Shown: positions 8,009 through 17,167 of the stretch, one piece after another
Numbering within the stretch: position 1 is the first letter of the stretch
How the letters are laid out: the number at the start of each line of letters is the position of its first letter
DNA from: an uncultured Alphaproteobacteria bacterium
GTDB lineage: Bacteria; Pseudomonadota; Alphaproteobacteria; JAAXGF01
Assembly: GCA_964475385.1 (NCBI GenBank)
Contig: CAYYWV010000001.1
Coordinates: 1-61,287 of the forward strand
Direction: 5' to 3'
Length of the DNA stretch: 61,287 bases
Notes under the pieces: generated by a model
Databases searched by the model: none
What the model saw: only the letters and a program-made list of their open reading frames with translations
Told to the model about the DNA's origin: nothing
Translations under genes and position numbers: made by a program

Positions 8009-9541
8009 ATGGAAATTCTTTCGCATCTGATCGACGGCTTCGTCACCGCGTTCCTGCCGATGAACCTGATGCTCATCATTCTCGGCTGCGTGGTCGGGCT
8101 GTTCGTGGGCGCCATGCCGGGGCTGGGCTCGGTCAATGGAGTGGCGATTCTGCTGCCGGTGACCTTTCTGGTCCCGCCGACCTCGGCGATCATCTTTCTC
8201 GCCGCGATCTACTACGGCGCGATGTACGGGGGCGCGATCTCGTCGGTGATGCTCGGCATCCCGGGGGCCTCGACCGCGGTCGCGACCGTGTTCGACGGCC
8301 GACCGCTCGCGCTCAAGGGCAAGGCCGATCTCGCGCTGACCGCGGCGGCGGTGGCCTCGTTCACGGGCGGCACGATCTCGGTCGTCCTGTTCACCCTTTT
8401 CGCGCCCCCGCTCGCCGACTTCGCGCTTGCGTTCGGTCCCGCCGAGGAGTTCGCGCTCATGATCGTCGCCTTCGCGACCTTCATCGGGCTCGGCGGCGAC
8501 GACGTCGCCAAGACCTTCTTTTCGATTTTCGTCGGTCTGGTGCTGAGCGCGGTCGGCCTCGACGTGGTGAGCGGAATGCCGCGCCTGATCTTCATGGACC
8601 TGCCGGGGTTTTACCACGGCATCAACTTCCTTGTGCTTGCCATCGGCATCTACGGCATCGGCGAGATTCTGTGGACCATCGAGCAGAGCCGCGGCAAGGT
8701 CAGCCTTATCCAGGCTCGCGTCACGCCGGGGCGGATCGTGAAGGCGCTGGGTTCGCTCAAGTCCACGTTCGGCGCCATGACGATGGGCTCGTTCCTCGGC
8801 TACTTCGTCGGCATTTTGCCGGCGGCCGGCGCGACCCCGGGCTCGCTCATGGCCTACGGCATGGCGAAAAGCATGTCGCGGCACCCCGAGCGCTACGGGA
8901 CCGGCGAGGTCAGCGGCGTGGTCGCGCCCGAATCGGCCAACAACGCGGCGAGCACCGGCTCGATGCTGCCCATGCTGACGCTGGGCATCCCGGGCTCGCC
9001 GACCACCGCGATCTTGCTCGGCGGCATGATCATCTGGGGGCTCGAGCCCGGGCCGCTCCTGTTCATCGACCAGCAGGAATTCGTCTGGGGCCTGATCGCG
9101 AGCCTCTATGCCGCCAATCTCTTCACCCTGATCGTGAATCTCGCTTTCATCCCCTTGTTCATCTGGGTGCTCAAGCTGCCGTTCACGATCCTCGCGCCGA
9201 TCATCTTCGTGCTTTGCGTCATCGGCGGCTATGCGCCCACCAACTCGATGCACGACGTCTGGTTGATGCTGATCTTCGGCATCGCGGGCTTTCTATTGCG
9301 TAAGCTCGACTACCCGATGGCCCCCGCGGTGCTCGCCATCGTGCTCGGTCCGCTGGCCGAAAAGGCGCTTCGTCAATCGCTGATCATCTCGCAGGGCTCG
9401 ATGAGCATCTTCGTCGAGCGTCCGCTTTCGGCGATCTTCCTCGCGCTCGCCGCATTGATGTTCATCTATCCGTTGCTTCGCGGACGGCTGCGGGCGGCGC
9501 GCCGGCGGGCCGCGGCCGCAGGCGATGGGAGCGGCTCGTGA
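8009..9541 (+). CDS. tctA: Tripartite tricarboxylate transporter large permease (TctA family)
   Basis: A 510-aa polytopic membrane protein. GAMPGLGSVNGVAILLP and GIPGSPTTAILLGG are typical TctA segments. Confidence 0.85.
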   Translation: MEILSHLIDGFVTAFLPMNLMLIILGCVVGLFVGAMPGLGSVNGVAILLPVTFLVPPTSAIIFLAAIYYGAMYGGAISSVMLGIPGASTAVATVFDGRPLALKGKADLALTAAAVASFTGGTISVVLFTLFAPPLADFALAFGPAEEFALMIVAFATFIGLGGDDVAKTFFSIFVGLVLSAVGLDVVSGMPRLIFMDLPGFYHGINFLVLAIGIYGIGEILWTIEQSRGKVSLIQARVTPGRIVKALGSLKSTFGAMTMGSFLGYFVGILPAAGATPGSLMAYGMAKSMSRHPERYGTGEVSGVVAPESANNAASTGSMLPMLTLGIPGSPTTAILLGGMIIWGLEPGPLLFIDQQEFVWGLIASLYAANLFTLIVNLAFIPLFIWVLKLPFTILAPIIFVLCVIGGYAPTNSMHDVWLMLIFGIAGFLLRKLDYPMAPAVLAIVLGPLAEKALRQSLIISQGSMSIFVERPLSAIFLALAALMFIYPLLRGRLRAARRRAAAAGDGSGS

Positions 9542-9631
9542 GCGCGGCCCGACGCGATCCGATGCGAACCGCCCTTCGACGGGAACCGATGCGGAGGATG
9601 AGGCCCTTGCGCGGATGGTTTTGGTGGGATA

Positions 9632-9648
9632 TTGTATACCACAAATGG
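9632..9648 (+). promoter_or_regulatory. Second copy of the GntR/FadR-type operator candidate, TTGTATACCACAAATGG
   Basis: It sits in the only AT-richer patch of the 480-bp tctA-gntR spacer. 15 of 17 nt match 6266-6282. Confidence 0.4.
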
Positions 9649-10022
9649 AAGCAACGGCTTGGAACGAATGCGCGGCGGCCTTCGACGTCGGGAAAAAGGC
9701 GGCGATCGCCCCTGGGCCGTCGCGCGCGCGGGAGCGGCGGCCGCAACGCGCAAAGGCCGGGCGCGGGCGTCGCTTCGGCGCGCCCGGGGCGTCTTTCGCC
9801 CGGCTGGGGCCGCGAATCGTCGCGCCCGTCGCGCCCGCGGCGAGCGGCGGCATTGACGAAAGGGGGCGCGGCGGGCTAAGGCCCCGGGCCAGAAGAGGCG
9901 CGGCGCTCGGGCCGATCGAGCCGCCCGGAGCCCGACGCCTTCTAGGCCCGCGAGAGGCCGGCGCGCCGCAAGGCGAAGCTCGGGAGGGAGGCGCCGGCGC
10001 AACGGAGAGATGGAAACACGGG

Positions 10023-10718
10023 ATGAATGTCATACGCGCAGCCGTTCAGCCGATCGACGTCAACTTCAGCCTTAAGGACAAGACCTACGAGGCGCTCAAG
10101 CAGGCCATCGCCGCGATGAACATCTACGCCCACCCCGGCGAGCCGCGGCTCGACGAGCGCCAGCTCGCCAAGGATCTCGGGGTCTCGCGCACGCCGATCC
10201 GCGAGGCGATCGCGCGTCTCGAGCAGGAGGGCTTCGTCCGCATCGTGCCGCGGCGCGGCGTGTTCATCGTGCGCAAGTCGAAGCGCGAGATCATCGAGAT
10301 GATCACGGTCTGGGCGGCGCTCGAAAGCATGGCCGCGCGGCTGATCACGCTGCACGCCAGCGACGAGGAGATCGCGAGCCTGCGCCGCATGTTCGCAACC
10401 TTCGACGACGACAAGGACAAGGTGAACGCCGAGATCGACGAATATTCGGAGACCAACATTCGGTTCCATCAGGCGCTTCTCAAGATGAGCCATAGCGCGC
10501 TGTTGAACCAGATGACCGAGAACCTGTTCATCCACATGCGTTCGATCCGTCAGCAGACGATCTCCGAGGACAACCGCGCGAGCCGGTCGATCATCGACCA
10601 CATGAACATCATCGAGGCGCTCGAGCAGCGCGACACCGAGCTCGCCGAGCGGCTCACTCGGCAACACACCCTCGATCTCGCGGCCCATGTGGAGAAGAAC
10701 GTCGATTATCTGGACTGA
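10023..10718 (+). CDS. GntR-family transcriptional regulator, FadR (FCD) subfamily
   Basis: Winged-HTH segment LDERQLAKDLGVSRTPIREAIARLEQEGFV, followed by an all-helical FCD-like domain. The start is trimmed to MNVIRAAV; the upstream 166 codons are Arg/Gly/Ala-rich non-coding-looking sequence. Confidence 0.85.
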   Translation: MNVIRAAVQPIDVNFSLKDKTYEALKQAIAAMNIYAHPGEPRLDERQLAKDLGVSRTPIREAIARLEQEGFVRIVPRRGVFIVRKSKREIIEMITVWAALESMAARLITLHASDEEIASLRRMFATFDDDKDKVNAEIDEYSETNIRFHQALLKMSHSALLNQMTENLFIHMRSIRQQTISEDNRASRSIIDHMNIIEALEQRDTELAERLTRQHTLDLAAHVEKNVDYLD

Positions 10719-10806
10719 ACCGGCCGGCGGAATGCGCGACCAAGGGAAAAGGAACGATGTCCGGGCAAGGCGCGACGCGCAACCGACAGTAATTTAGGAG
10801 GAGGTC

Positions 10807-12537
10807 ATGGCAGAAGCGGCGAAGCGCGATCACGCGAACGATCCCACGCCTGAGGGCGCGAACGCGACCATCTCGGGCGGACATCTCGTGGCCAAGGCGC
10901 TCAGGAACGAAGGCATCGACGTCATCTTCACCCTGTGCGGGGGCCACATCATCGACATCTACGACGGCTGCCTCGACGAAGGCATCAAGATCATCGACGT
11001 GCGCCACGAGCAGGTCGCGGCCCACGCGGCCGACGGCTATGCGCGCATGACCGGGCGACCGGGCTGCGCCGTGGTGACCGCAGGTCCGGGCACGACGGAT
11101 GCGGTGACCGGCATCGCCAACGCCTTCCGCGCCGAGAGCCCGATGCTGATGATCGGCGGCCAGGGCGCGCATTCGCAGCACAAGATGGGCTCGCTCCAGG
11201 ATCTGCCGCACGTCGACATCCTGCGCCCGATCACCAAGTTCGCCGCCACCGTGCCGACGACCGAGCGCGTCGCCGACATGGTGTCGATGGCCTTCCGCGA
11301 GTGCTTCCTCGGCGCCCCGGGGCCGTCGTTCCTCGAGATTCCGCGCGACGTGCTCGACGCCAAGGTCGATCTGGCCAAGGCGCGCATCCCCGAGGCCGGC
11401 CGTTACCGCGCTTCGACCCGGGTGCTCGCCGATCCGGACGATATCGAGCGCGCGGCCGACCTTCTGGTGCGTTCCGAACGGCCCTGCATCCTGCTCGGCA
11501 CCCAGGTCTGGACCTGCCGGGCGGCCGCGGCCGCCGCCTCGCTGGTGCGCAAGCTCAACATTCCGGCCTATATGAACGGGGCCGGGCGGGGCACGTTGCC
11601 GCCGGGCGATCCGCACCACTTCCACCGCACCCGGCGCTACGCTTTCGACAAGGCCGACGTGATCGTGATCGTCGGCACCCCCTTCGACTTCCGAATGGGC
11701 TACGGCAAGCGCCTGCGCGCCGACGCCACCGTGATCCAGATCGACATGGACTATCGCACCGTCGGCAAGAACCGCGACATCTCGCTCGGGCTCGTCGGCG
11801 ACGTCGGCCGCATCCTCGAAGCGATCGAGGCCGCCGCTTCGGGCCGCGCCGATAACGGCGCGCAGGCCCGCAAGGGCTGGCTCGAGGAGCTGCGCGCCGA
11901 GGAGGCGGTCCGCTACGAGAAGCTCCTGCCTCAGTTCCGCTCCGACGCGACCCCGATCAGTCCGTATCGGGTCGCCTGGGAGATCAACGAGTTCCTGACC
12001 GAGGACACGATCTACATCGGCGACGGCGGCGATGTGGTCACGATCTCGGCCCAGGCGGTGCAGCCTCGCGCGCCCGGCCACTGGATGGACCCGGGACCGC
12101 TCGGCACCTTGGGCGTCGGCGTCCCCTTCGCCATGGCGGCCAAGCACGTCCATCCCGAGAAGGAGATCTTCTGCTACTTCGGCGACGGCGCCTTCGCGCT
12201 CACCGGCTGGGACTTCGAGACCTGCGTGCGCTTCGGCCTGCCGTTCCTGGGCGTGATCGGGAACAACTCGGCGATGAACCAGATCCGCTTCGGCCAGATC
12301 GCCAAGTATGGGCCCGAGCGCGGGAACGTCGGCAACAAGCTCGGCGACGTGCCGTTCGAGAAGTTCGCCGAGATGCTCGGCGGCCACGGCGAGGCGGTGC
12401 GCGAGCCCAAGGACATCCGCCCGGCGCTCGAGCGCGCCCGCGAGGCGGTGAAATCGGGCGTGCCGGCGCTGGTCAACATCTGGGTCAACCCGGACGAGTA
12501 CGCGCCCGGGACCAAGAACCAGACCATGTACAAGTGA
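10807..12537 (+). CDS. Thiamine-diphosphate enzyme of the acetolactate synthase / oxalyl-CoA decarboxylase / 2-hydroxyacyl-CoA lyase superfamily (probable formyl-CoA-forming decarboxylase or lyase)
   Basis: N-terminal Pyr domain (VRHEQVAAHAADGYARMTGRPGCAVVTAGPG). ThDP motif GDGAF-x25-NN. It lies directly upstream of frc. Confidence 0.7.
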   Translation: MAEAAKRDHANDPTPEGANATISGGHLVAKALRNEGIDVIFTLCGGHIIDIYDGCLDEGIKIIDVRHEQVAAHAADGYARMTGRPGCAVVTAGPGTTDAVTGIANAFRAESPMLMIGGQGAHSQHKMGSLQDLPHVDILRPITKFAATVPTTERVADMVSMAFRECFLGAPGPSFLEIPRDVLDAKVDLAKARIPEAGRYRASTRVLADPDDIERAADLLVRSERPCILLGTQVWTCRAAAAAASLVRKLNIPAYMNGAGRGTLPPGDPHHFHRTRRYAFDKADVIVIVGTPFDFRMGYGKRLRADATVIQIDMDYRTVGKNRDISLGLVGDVGRILEAIEAAASGRADNGAQARKGWLEELRAEEAVRYEKLLPQFRSDATPISPYRVAWEINEFLTEDTIYIGDGGDVVTISAQAVQPRAPGHWMDPGPLGTLGVGVPFAMAAKHVHPEKEIFCYFGDGAFALTGWDFETCVRFGLPFLGVIGNNSAMNQIRFGQIAKYGPERGNVGNKLGDVPFEKFAEMLGGHGEAVREPKDIRPALERAREAVKSGVPALVNIWVNPDEYAPGTKNQTMYK

Positions 12538-12582
12538 CGGAGACGATCCGCTTCAGGCGATTGGCCAACGGGGAAGACCATC

Positions 12583-13815
12583 ATGAGTAAAGCGTTGGAG
12601 GGAATCCGCGTCCTCGACATGACCCACGTCCAGTCGGGGCCGTCGTGCACCCAGATCCTGGCTTGGTTCGGCGCCGACGTCATCAAGGTCGAGATGCCCG
12701 GGCGCGGCGACATCACGCGCCAGCAGCTTCGCGATCTGCCCGACGTCGACAGCCTCTACTTCACGATGCTGAACTGCAACAAGCGCAGCATCACCGTGAA
12801 CACCAAGACCGACCGCGGCAAGGAGATCTTCCGGCGGCTTCTCAAGGCCTGCGACGTGATCGTCGAGAACTTCGCCCCCGGCGCGCTCGCCCGCCAGGGC
12901 TTCCCCTGGGAGGTCATCCACGAGATCAACCCGCGTATCGTCTACGCCTCGATCAAGGGGTTCGGCCCCGGTCCTTTCGCCGACTTCAAGGCCTACGAGA
13001 CCATCGCCCAGGCCATGGGCGGGGCGATGAGCACCACCGGCTGGGAGGACGGGCCGCCGACCTCGACCGGGGCGCAGATCGGCGATTCGGGCACCGGAAT
13101 CCACTGCGTGGCCGGGATTCTCGCCGCGCTCCTGCATCGCGAGCGCACCGGCCTCGGCCAGCGGGTCGAGGTCGCCATGCAGGACGCCGTGCTCAACCTG
13201 TGCCGGGTCAAGCTGCGCGACCAGCAGCGCCTCGCCCACGGGCCGCTCAAGGAATATCCCAACAAGACCTTCGGCGATGCGGTTCCGCGCTCGGGCAACG
13301 CCTCGGGCGGCGGCCAGCCCGGCAATGCGCTGCGCTGCGCGCCGGGCGGCCCCAACGATTACATCTACGTCATCATCCAGCCCCAGGGCTGGGCGCCGCT
13401 GATGAAGCTGATCGGGCGCGAGGATCTGATCGAGCACCCAGACTATGCGACGCCCGAGGCCCGGCTCGACCGGCTCGACGAGTGCTTCGCCCTGATCGAG
13501 GAATGGACCAGCCAGCGTCATAAGACCGAGGTGATGGCCGCGCTCAATGCGCTCAACGTGCCTTGCGGGCCGATCCTCGACATGAAGGAGCTGATCGAGG
13601 ACGAATCGCTCGCCCAGCGCGGCGCGGTGGTCACGGTCGAGCACCCCGAGCGCGGGCCGTTCAAGACCGTGGGCTGCCCGATCAAGCTCTCGGCCTCGCC
13701 GGTCGAGGTCACCACCTCGCCGCTTCTCGGCGAGCACACGGAAGAGATCCTGCGCGAGATCGTGGGCTATGGCGACGACGAGATCGCCGCCGCCCGCGAG
13801 GAGGGCGCGATCTGA
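12583..13815 (+). CDS. frc: Formyl-CoA:oxalate CoA-transferase (class III CoA-transferase)
   Basis: Colinear with Frc as I remember it: [63 protein letters not shown], glycine loop [18 protein letters not shown]. Confidence 0.85.
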   Translation: MSKALEGIRVLDMTHVQSGPSCTQILAWFGADVIKVEMPGRGDITRQQLRDLPDVDSLYFTMLNCNKRSITVNTKTDRGKEIFRRLLKACDVIVENFAPGALARQGFPWEVIHEINPRIVYASIKGFGPGPFADFKAYETIAQAMGGAMSTTGWEDGPPTSTGAQIGDSGTGIHCVAGILAALLHRERTGLGQRVEVAMQDAVLNLCRVKLRDQQRLAHGPLKEYPNKTFGDAVPRSGNASGGGQPGNALRCAPGGPNDYIYVIIQPQGWAPLMKLIGREDLIEHPDYATPEARLDRLDECFALIEEWTSQRHKTEVMAALNALNVPCGPILDMKELIEDESLAQRGAVVTVEHPERGPFKTVGCPIKLSASPVEVTTSPLLGEHTEEILREIVGYGDDEIAAAREEGAI

Positions 13816-13848
13816 TCCGGGAGGGGCGCATTTGGAAGGGGAGACAGC

Positions 13849-14769
13849 ATGCGGATCGTCGTCAACGGCCAACAGGCCTTCGGCAAAGCGGTGCTCGACG
13901 CCCTCGTCGAGCGCGGCGAGAACGTGGTCGCCGTCTATTGCGCGCCCGACAAGCCGGGCGGGAAGATCGACCCATTGAAGGAGGCGGCGCTTGGGCACGG
14001 GATTCCCGTCCATCAGCCGGCGTCGTTCAAAAGCCCTGAGGTGCTCGAAGAGTTCAAGGCGCTCGCGCCCGACCTCGCGGTGATGGCCTATGTGGTTCTT
14101 CTGGTGCCCGAAAGCGTGCTCAATGCGCCGCGGCTCGGCACCATCCAGTATCACCCCTCGCTGCTTCCCCGCCACCGCGGGCCGAGCTCGATCAACTGGC
14201 CCATCATCCAGGGCGAGACCGAGACCGGGCTCACCATCTTCTGGCCCGACAAGGGGCTCGATACGGGGCCGATCCTGTTGCAGAAGAAGGTGCCCATCGG
14301 CCCCGACGACACGCTCGGCAGCCTTTACTTCGACCATCTCTTCCCGCTCGGCGTCGAAGCGATGATTGAGGCGGTGGATCTCGTCCGCGCCGGCCGCGCG
14401 CCGCGAGTCCCGCAGGACGAAAGCCAAGCCACCTACGAGGGCTGGTGCCGCCGCGAGGACGTCGAGATCGACTGGGCCAAGCCCGCGCGCCAGGTCTACA
14501 ACCTGATCCGCGGCGCCAACCCACAGCCCGGCGCCTGGACCCGGCAGGCGGGGCGCATGGTCCAGATCTACGATTCGGCGCTTCAGGCCGAGGCCGCGCC
14601 CGACGCCGCGCCCGGTACGGTCACGGCGGTCGGCGACGATGGCGTCACGGTGGCCGCCAAGGATGGCCAGATCCTCGTCAAACGCGTTCGTCCCGAAGGC
14701 GCGGGCAAGATACCGGCGGCCGAGTTCGCCGCCGAAGCGGGAATAGAGGCGGGAGCGGTCTTCGGCTGA
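13849..14769 (+). CDS. Stand-alone formyltransferase resembling the N-terminal formyl-transfer domain of 10-formyl-THF dehydrogenase (not a typical Fmt/PurN)
   Basis: MRIVVNGQQAFG. IQYHPSLLPRHRGPSSINW (Tyr-His rather than Asn-x-His). FWPDKGLDTGPILLQK. GRAPRVPQDESQATYEGW. A C-terminal Formyl_trans_C-like subdomain. Confidence 0.7.
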   Translation: MRIVVNGQQAFGKAVLDALVERGENVVAVYCAPDKPGGKIDPLKEAALGHGIPVHQPASFKSPEVLEEFKALAPDLAVMAYVVLLVPESVLNAPRLGTIQYHPSLLPRHRGPSSINWPIIQGETETGLTIFWPDKGLDTGPILLQKKVPIGPDDTLGSLYFDHLFPLGVEAMIEAVDLVRAGRAPRVPQDESQATYEGWCRREDVEIDWAKPARQVYNLIRGANPQPGAWTRQAGRMVQIYDSALQAEAAPDAAPGTVTAVGDDGVTVAAKDGQILVKRVRPEGAGKIPAAEFAAEAGIEAGAVFG

Positions 14770-14816
14770 TTCGCGACGCGCCCGCCTTTCCACATCGCGA
14801 ACGGAGGCTTGGTGCC

Positions 14817-15257
14817 ATGAATGTACAATCGGTTTTGGAGCGCGCCGCCGGTCCGCCCCTGACCACGCGCCCCGATGCGCCCGTGGCCGAGGTCGCCGAG
14901 ACCTTGGCCGACGACGGCACTGGCGCGGTCGTCGCCTGCGATCCCAACGGCTCTATCGCCGGCATCGTCTCGGAGCGCGATCTCGTCCGCGGTCTGCGTG
15001 AGCACGGCGAGCGATTGCTCGCCATGCGGGTGGGCGATTTGATGACCCGTTCGGTGGTCACCTGCTCGCCCGAGCACAGCGTCGAGGACGCGCTTCGGCT
15101 GATGACCGAGAATGGCGTCCGCCATGTCCCCGTGGTCGGGGACGACGGCGCGCTCGCCGGCGTGGTCAGCATTCTCGACCTCGTGCGCACGCGCCTCGCC
15201 GAGGTCGAAAGCGATTACGGCGCGCTCCGCACCTTCATGGAGACGCGGATCGAGTAG
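14817..15257 (+). CDS. Stand-alone CBS-pair domain protein
   Basis: Two CBS repeats (GIVSERDLVRGL, VRHVPVVGDDGALAGVVSILDLV). The start is trimmed to MNVQSV; the rest of the track ORF overlaps the previous gene out of frame. Confidence 0.8.
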   Translation: MNVQSVLERAAGPPLTTRPDAPVAEVAETLADDGTGAVVACDPNGSIAGIVSERDLVRGLREHGERLLAMRVGDLMTRSVVTCSPEHSVEDALRLMTENGVRHVPVVGDDGALAGVVSILDLVRTRLAEVESDYGALRTFMETRIE

Positions 15258-15279
15258 AGGGCGCGCCTCGGCCCGGCCG

Positions 15280-16887
15280 TCAGACGGCAAGCGCCATGCC
15301 GTCGCGCCCCGGGTCCGCGCCGCCGACGAGCCGCCCGTCCTGGACCGCGATGGCGTGAACGGCCGCGGTCGTGTAGCTGAGGTGGCTGCGCGCGACCGCG
15401 TATCCTTGCGCTTCGACCGCGCGGGTCACGTAGTTCGGAATCCGGTTGCACACGTCGATGACGTCCGAGGTCGCCGAGAAGCGCGGCGCGCCGACGGCGT
15501 CCGACATGCTCATGCCGAAGTCGACCACGTTGAGAATCGCCTGAAGAATTCCCATGACGATCTGGGTGCCGCCCGGCGCGCCGATGACCATGAAGGGATC
15601 GTCGCCCCGGAACAGGATCGTCGGCGCGATCGAGCTGAAGCGGCTCTTGCCCGGCGCGATCGAGCCGATGCGCCCGGGGCGGGGGTCGAACACCGCCATG
15701 CAGCCGTTGTACATGAAGCCGAGCCCGTCGGTGATGACCCCCGACGGCATCCCGAGCGAATGCGTCATCGAGACCGCGCCGCCGTCGCGGTCGATCACCG
15801 AGACATGGGTGGTGTTGGCGGGCTCGGGCGTCCGGCCGAGACGCGGCACCCGGACCACCTCGCCGCGCTCGATCGCGTCCGCGGCTTCGCGCGCGTAGGT
15901 CTTGGAGGTCAGGCGCTCGACCGGCACGTCGACGAAGGCGGGGTCGCCGACGAAGGCGTCCTTGTCCACGGTCGCGCGTTTCATCGCCTCGCAGACGATG
16001 CGGATGTAGTCGGGCGTGTTGTGGCCGAGCGCGGCGAGATCGAAGTTCTCGAGGATGTTGAGCATCTCGATCAGCATGACGCCGCCGCCCGGCGGGTGGT
16101 TGGTGGCGATGCGCAGGCCCCGGTAGCTGCCCCATAACGGCGCGCAATGCCGGGTGCGGTAGGCGGCGAGGTCCGCGCCGCGCAGGAGCCCGCCGCCCCG
16201 GCGCATGTCGGCGTCGATGGCCTCGGCGATCTCGCCCTGATAGAACGTCTCGATCCCTTCTTCGGCGATCCGGCGCAAGGTCTGCGCGAGGTCGGGGTTG
16301 GCGATCCAGCTTCCCGGTTTCAAGGGCGCCCCATTGGCGTCGCAGTAGAGCCGCCGTCCGCTCGGCGTCAGGCGCAAGCGCTCGACGTTGGGCGCGCGGC
16401 CCATGTCGTCGTCCTCGGTCCAGAAGCGGTAGACATGGGGGCGAACCGCGAAGCCGCGCTCGGCGCGTTCGATCGCCGGCTCGACGAGCGCGCGCCAGGG
16501 CATGGCGCCGAACGCCTCGGCCGCCTCCCAGTAGGCGCGCAGGCTGCCCGGGACCGCGATCGCCTGATAGCCGAGATCGTTCACCCGCCCTCGAAGGATG
16601 AAGCCGAAGCCGTCGCGGGTCTCGCCCTCGATCCGGTCGGCCCACATCTCGGGCGTCGCCGCCGCCGGGGCCTGGGCGTGGAAGTCGATGAAACGGTGGA
16701 TGCCGCGTTCCGGCAGGTAGACCTGGAGGCTGCCGAAGCCCGCGATCCCGGTCATCAAGGGGTCGACCACCCCTTGGACGAGCCCGCAGGCGATCGCCGC
16801 ATCGACGCAGTTGCCGCCCGCCTTGAGAACCAGCGCGCCGGCCTCGACCGCCTCGGGCTGGGGCGCGACGATCATTCCTTGGGCCAT
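15280..16887 (-). CDS. ggt: Gamma-glutamyltransferase family protein
   Basis: MAQGMIVAPQPEAVEAGALVLKAGGN. Nucleophile region NTTHVSVIDRDGGAVSMTHSLG. ATG at 16887 verified in the DNA. Confidence 0.85.
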   Translation of the reverse strand: MAQGMIVAPQPEAVEAGALVLKAGGNCVDAAIACGLVQGVVDPLMTGIAGFGSLQVYLPERGIHRFIDFHAQAPAAATPEMWADRIEGETRDGFGFILRGRVNDLGYQAIAVPGSLRAYWEAAEAFGAMPWRALVEPAIERAERGFAVRPHVYRFWTEDDDMGRAPNVERLRLTPSGRRLYCDANGAPLKPGSWIANPDLAQTLRRIAEEGIETFYQGEIAEAIDADMRRGGGLLRGADLAAYRTRHCAPLWGSYRGLRIATNHPPGGGVMLIEMLNILENFDLAALGHNTPDYIRIVCEAMKRATVDKDAFVGDPAFVDVPVERLTSKTYAREAADAIERGEVVRVPRLGRTPEPANTTHVSVIDRDGGAVSMTHSLGMPSGVITDGLGFMYNGCMAVFDPRPGRIGSIAPGKSRFSSIAPTILFRGDDPFMVIGAPGGTQIVMGILQAILNVVDFGMSMSDAVGAPRFSATSDVIDVCNRIPNYVTRAVEAQGYAVARSHLSYTTAAVHAIAVQDGRLVGGADPGRDGMALAV

Positions 16888-17006
16888 TTCCGTCTTCCCT
16901 TGTCCCGGCCTTCCTGCGCCCAGTATGGGCGCGGCGGCCGGTCCGCGCAATCGACGGACGCGGACGCGAGCGGAGCTAGGTATGGGAAGCGCAAGAGGAA
17001 AGAAAA

Positions 17007-17083
17007 TGGTCGGAGTGAGTGGATTCGAACCACCGGCCCCCGCCTCCCGAAGACGGTGCTCTACCAGGCTGAGCTACACTCCG
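17007..17083 (-). tRNA. tRNA-Pro (anticodon CGG)
   Basis: Folded by hand: acceptor CGGAGTG/CACTCCG, D-arm GCTC/GAGC, anticodon arm CCGTC-TTCGGGA-GGCGG, T-arm GGTGG-TTCGAAT-CCACT, encoded CCA. Confidence 0.9.
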
Positions 17084-17167
17084 ACGCGTCCTGGGCCGGA
17101 CACGTATAACGCCATCGCGCCCGGGCCGCAAGCCGTCCGAACCCTCGTTCGGAAGGGGCCTGCGCGC

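Noticed and set aside
6389-9253. 954-aa ORF on the minus strand spanning tctC, tctB and tctA
   Set aside because: It is antisense to three genes with clear family signatures. The product is low-complexity and rich in Arg, Asp, Glu, His and Gly, with no motif I recognise. Long stop-free antisense frames are expected in very GC-rich coding DNA.
9525-10022. 166-codon N-terminal extension of the GntR ORF in the track
   Set aside because: The extension is Arg/Gly/Ala/Pro-rich and not protein-like. The winged-HTH domain begins shortly after the ATG at 10023, which gives a normal-length FadR-type regulator.
10654-14793. Antisense ORFs 10654..12387 (577 aa) and 12553..14793 (746 aa), opposite the ThDP enzyme, frc and formyltransferase genes
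   Set aside because: The sense strand has strong family matches and tight operon spacing. The antisense products are Arg/Gly/Asp/His-rich with no motifs.
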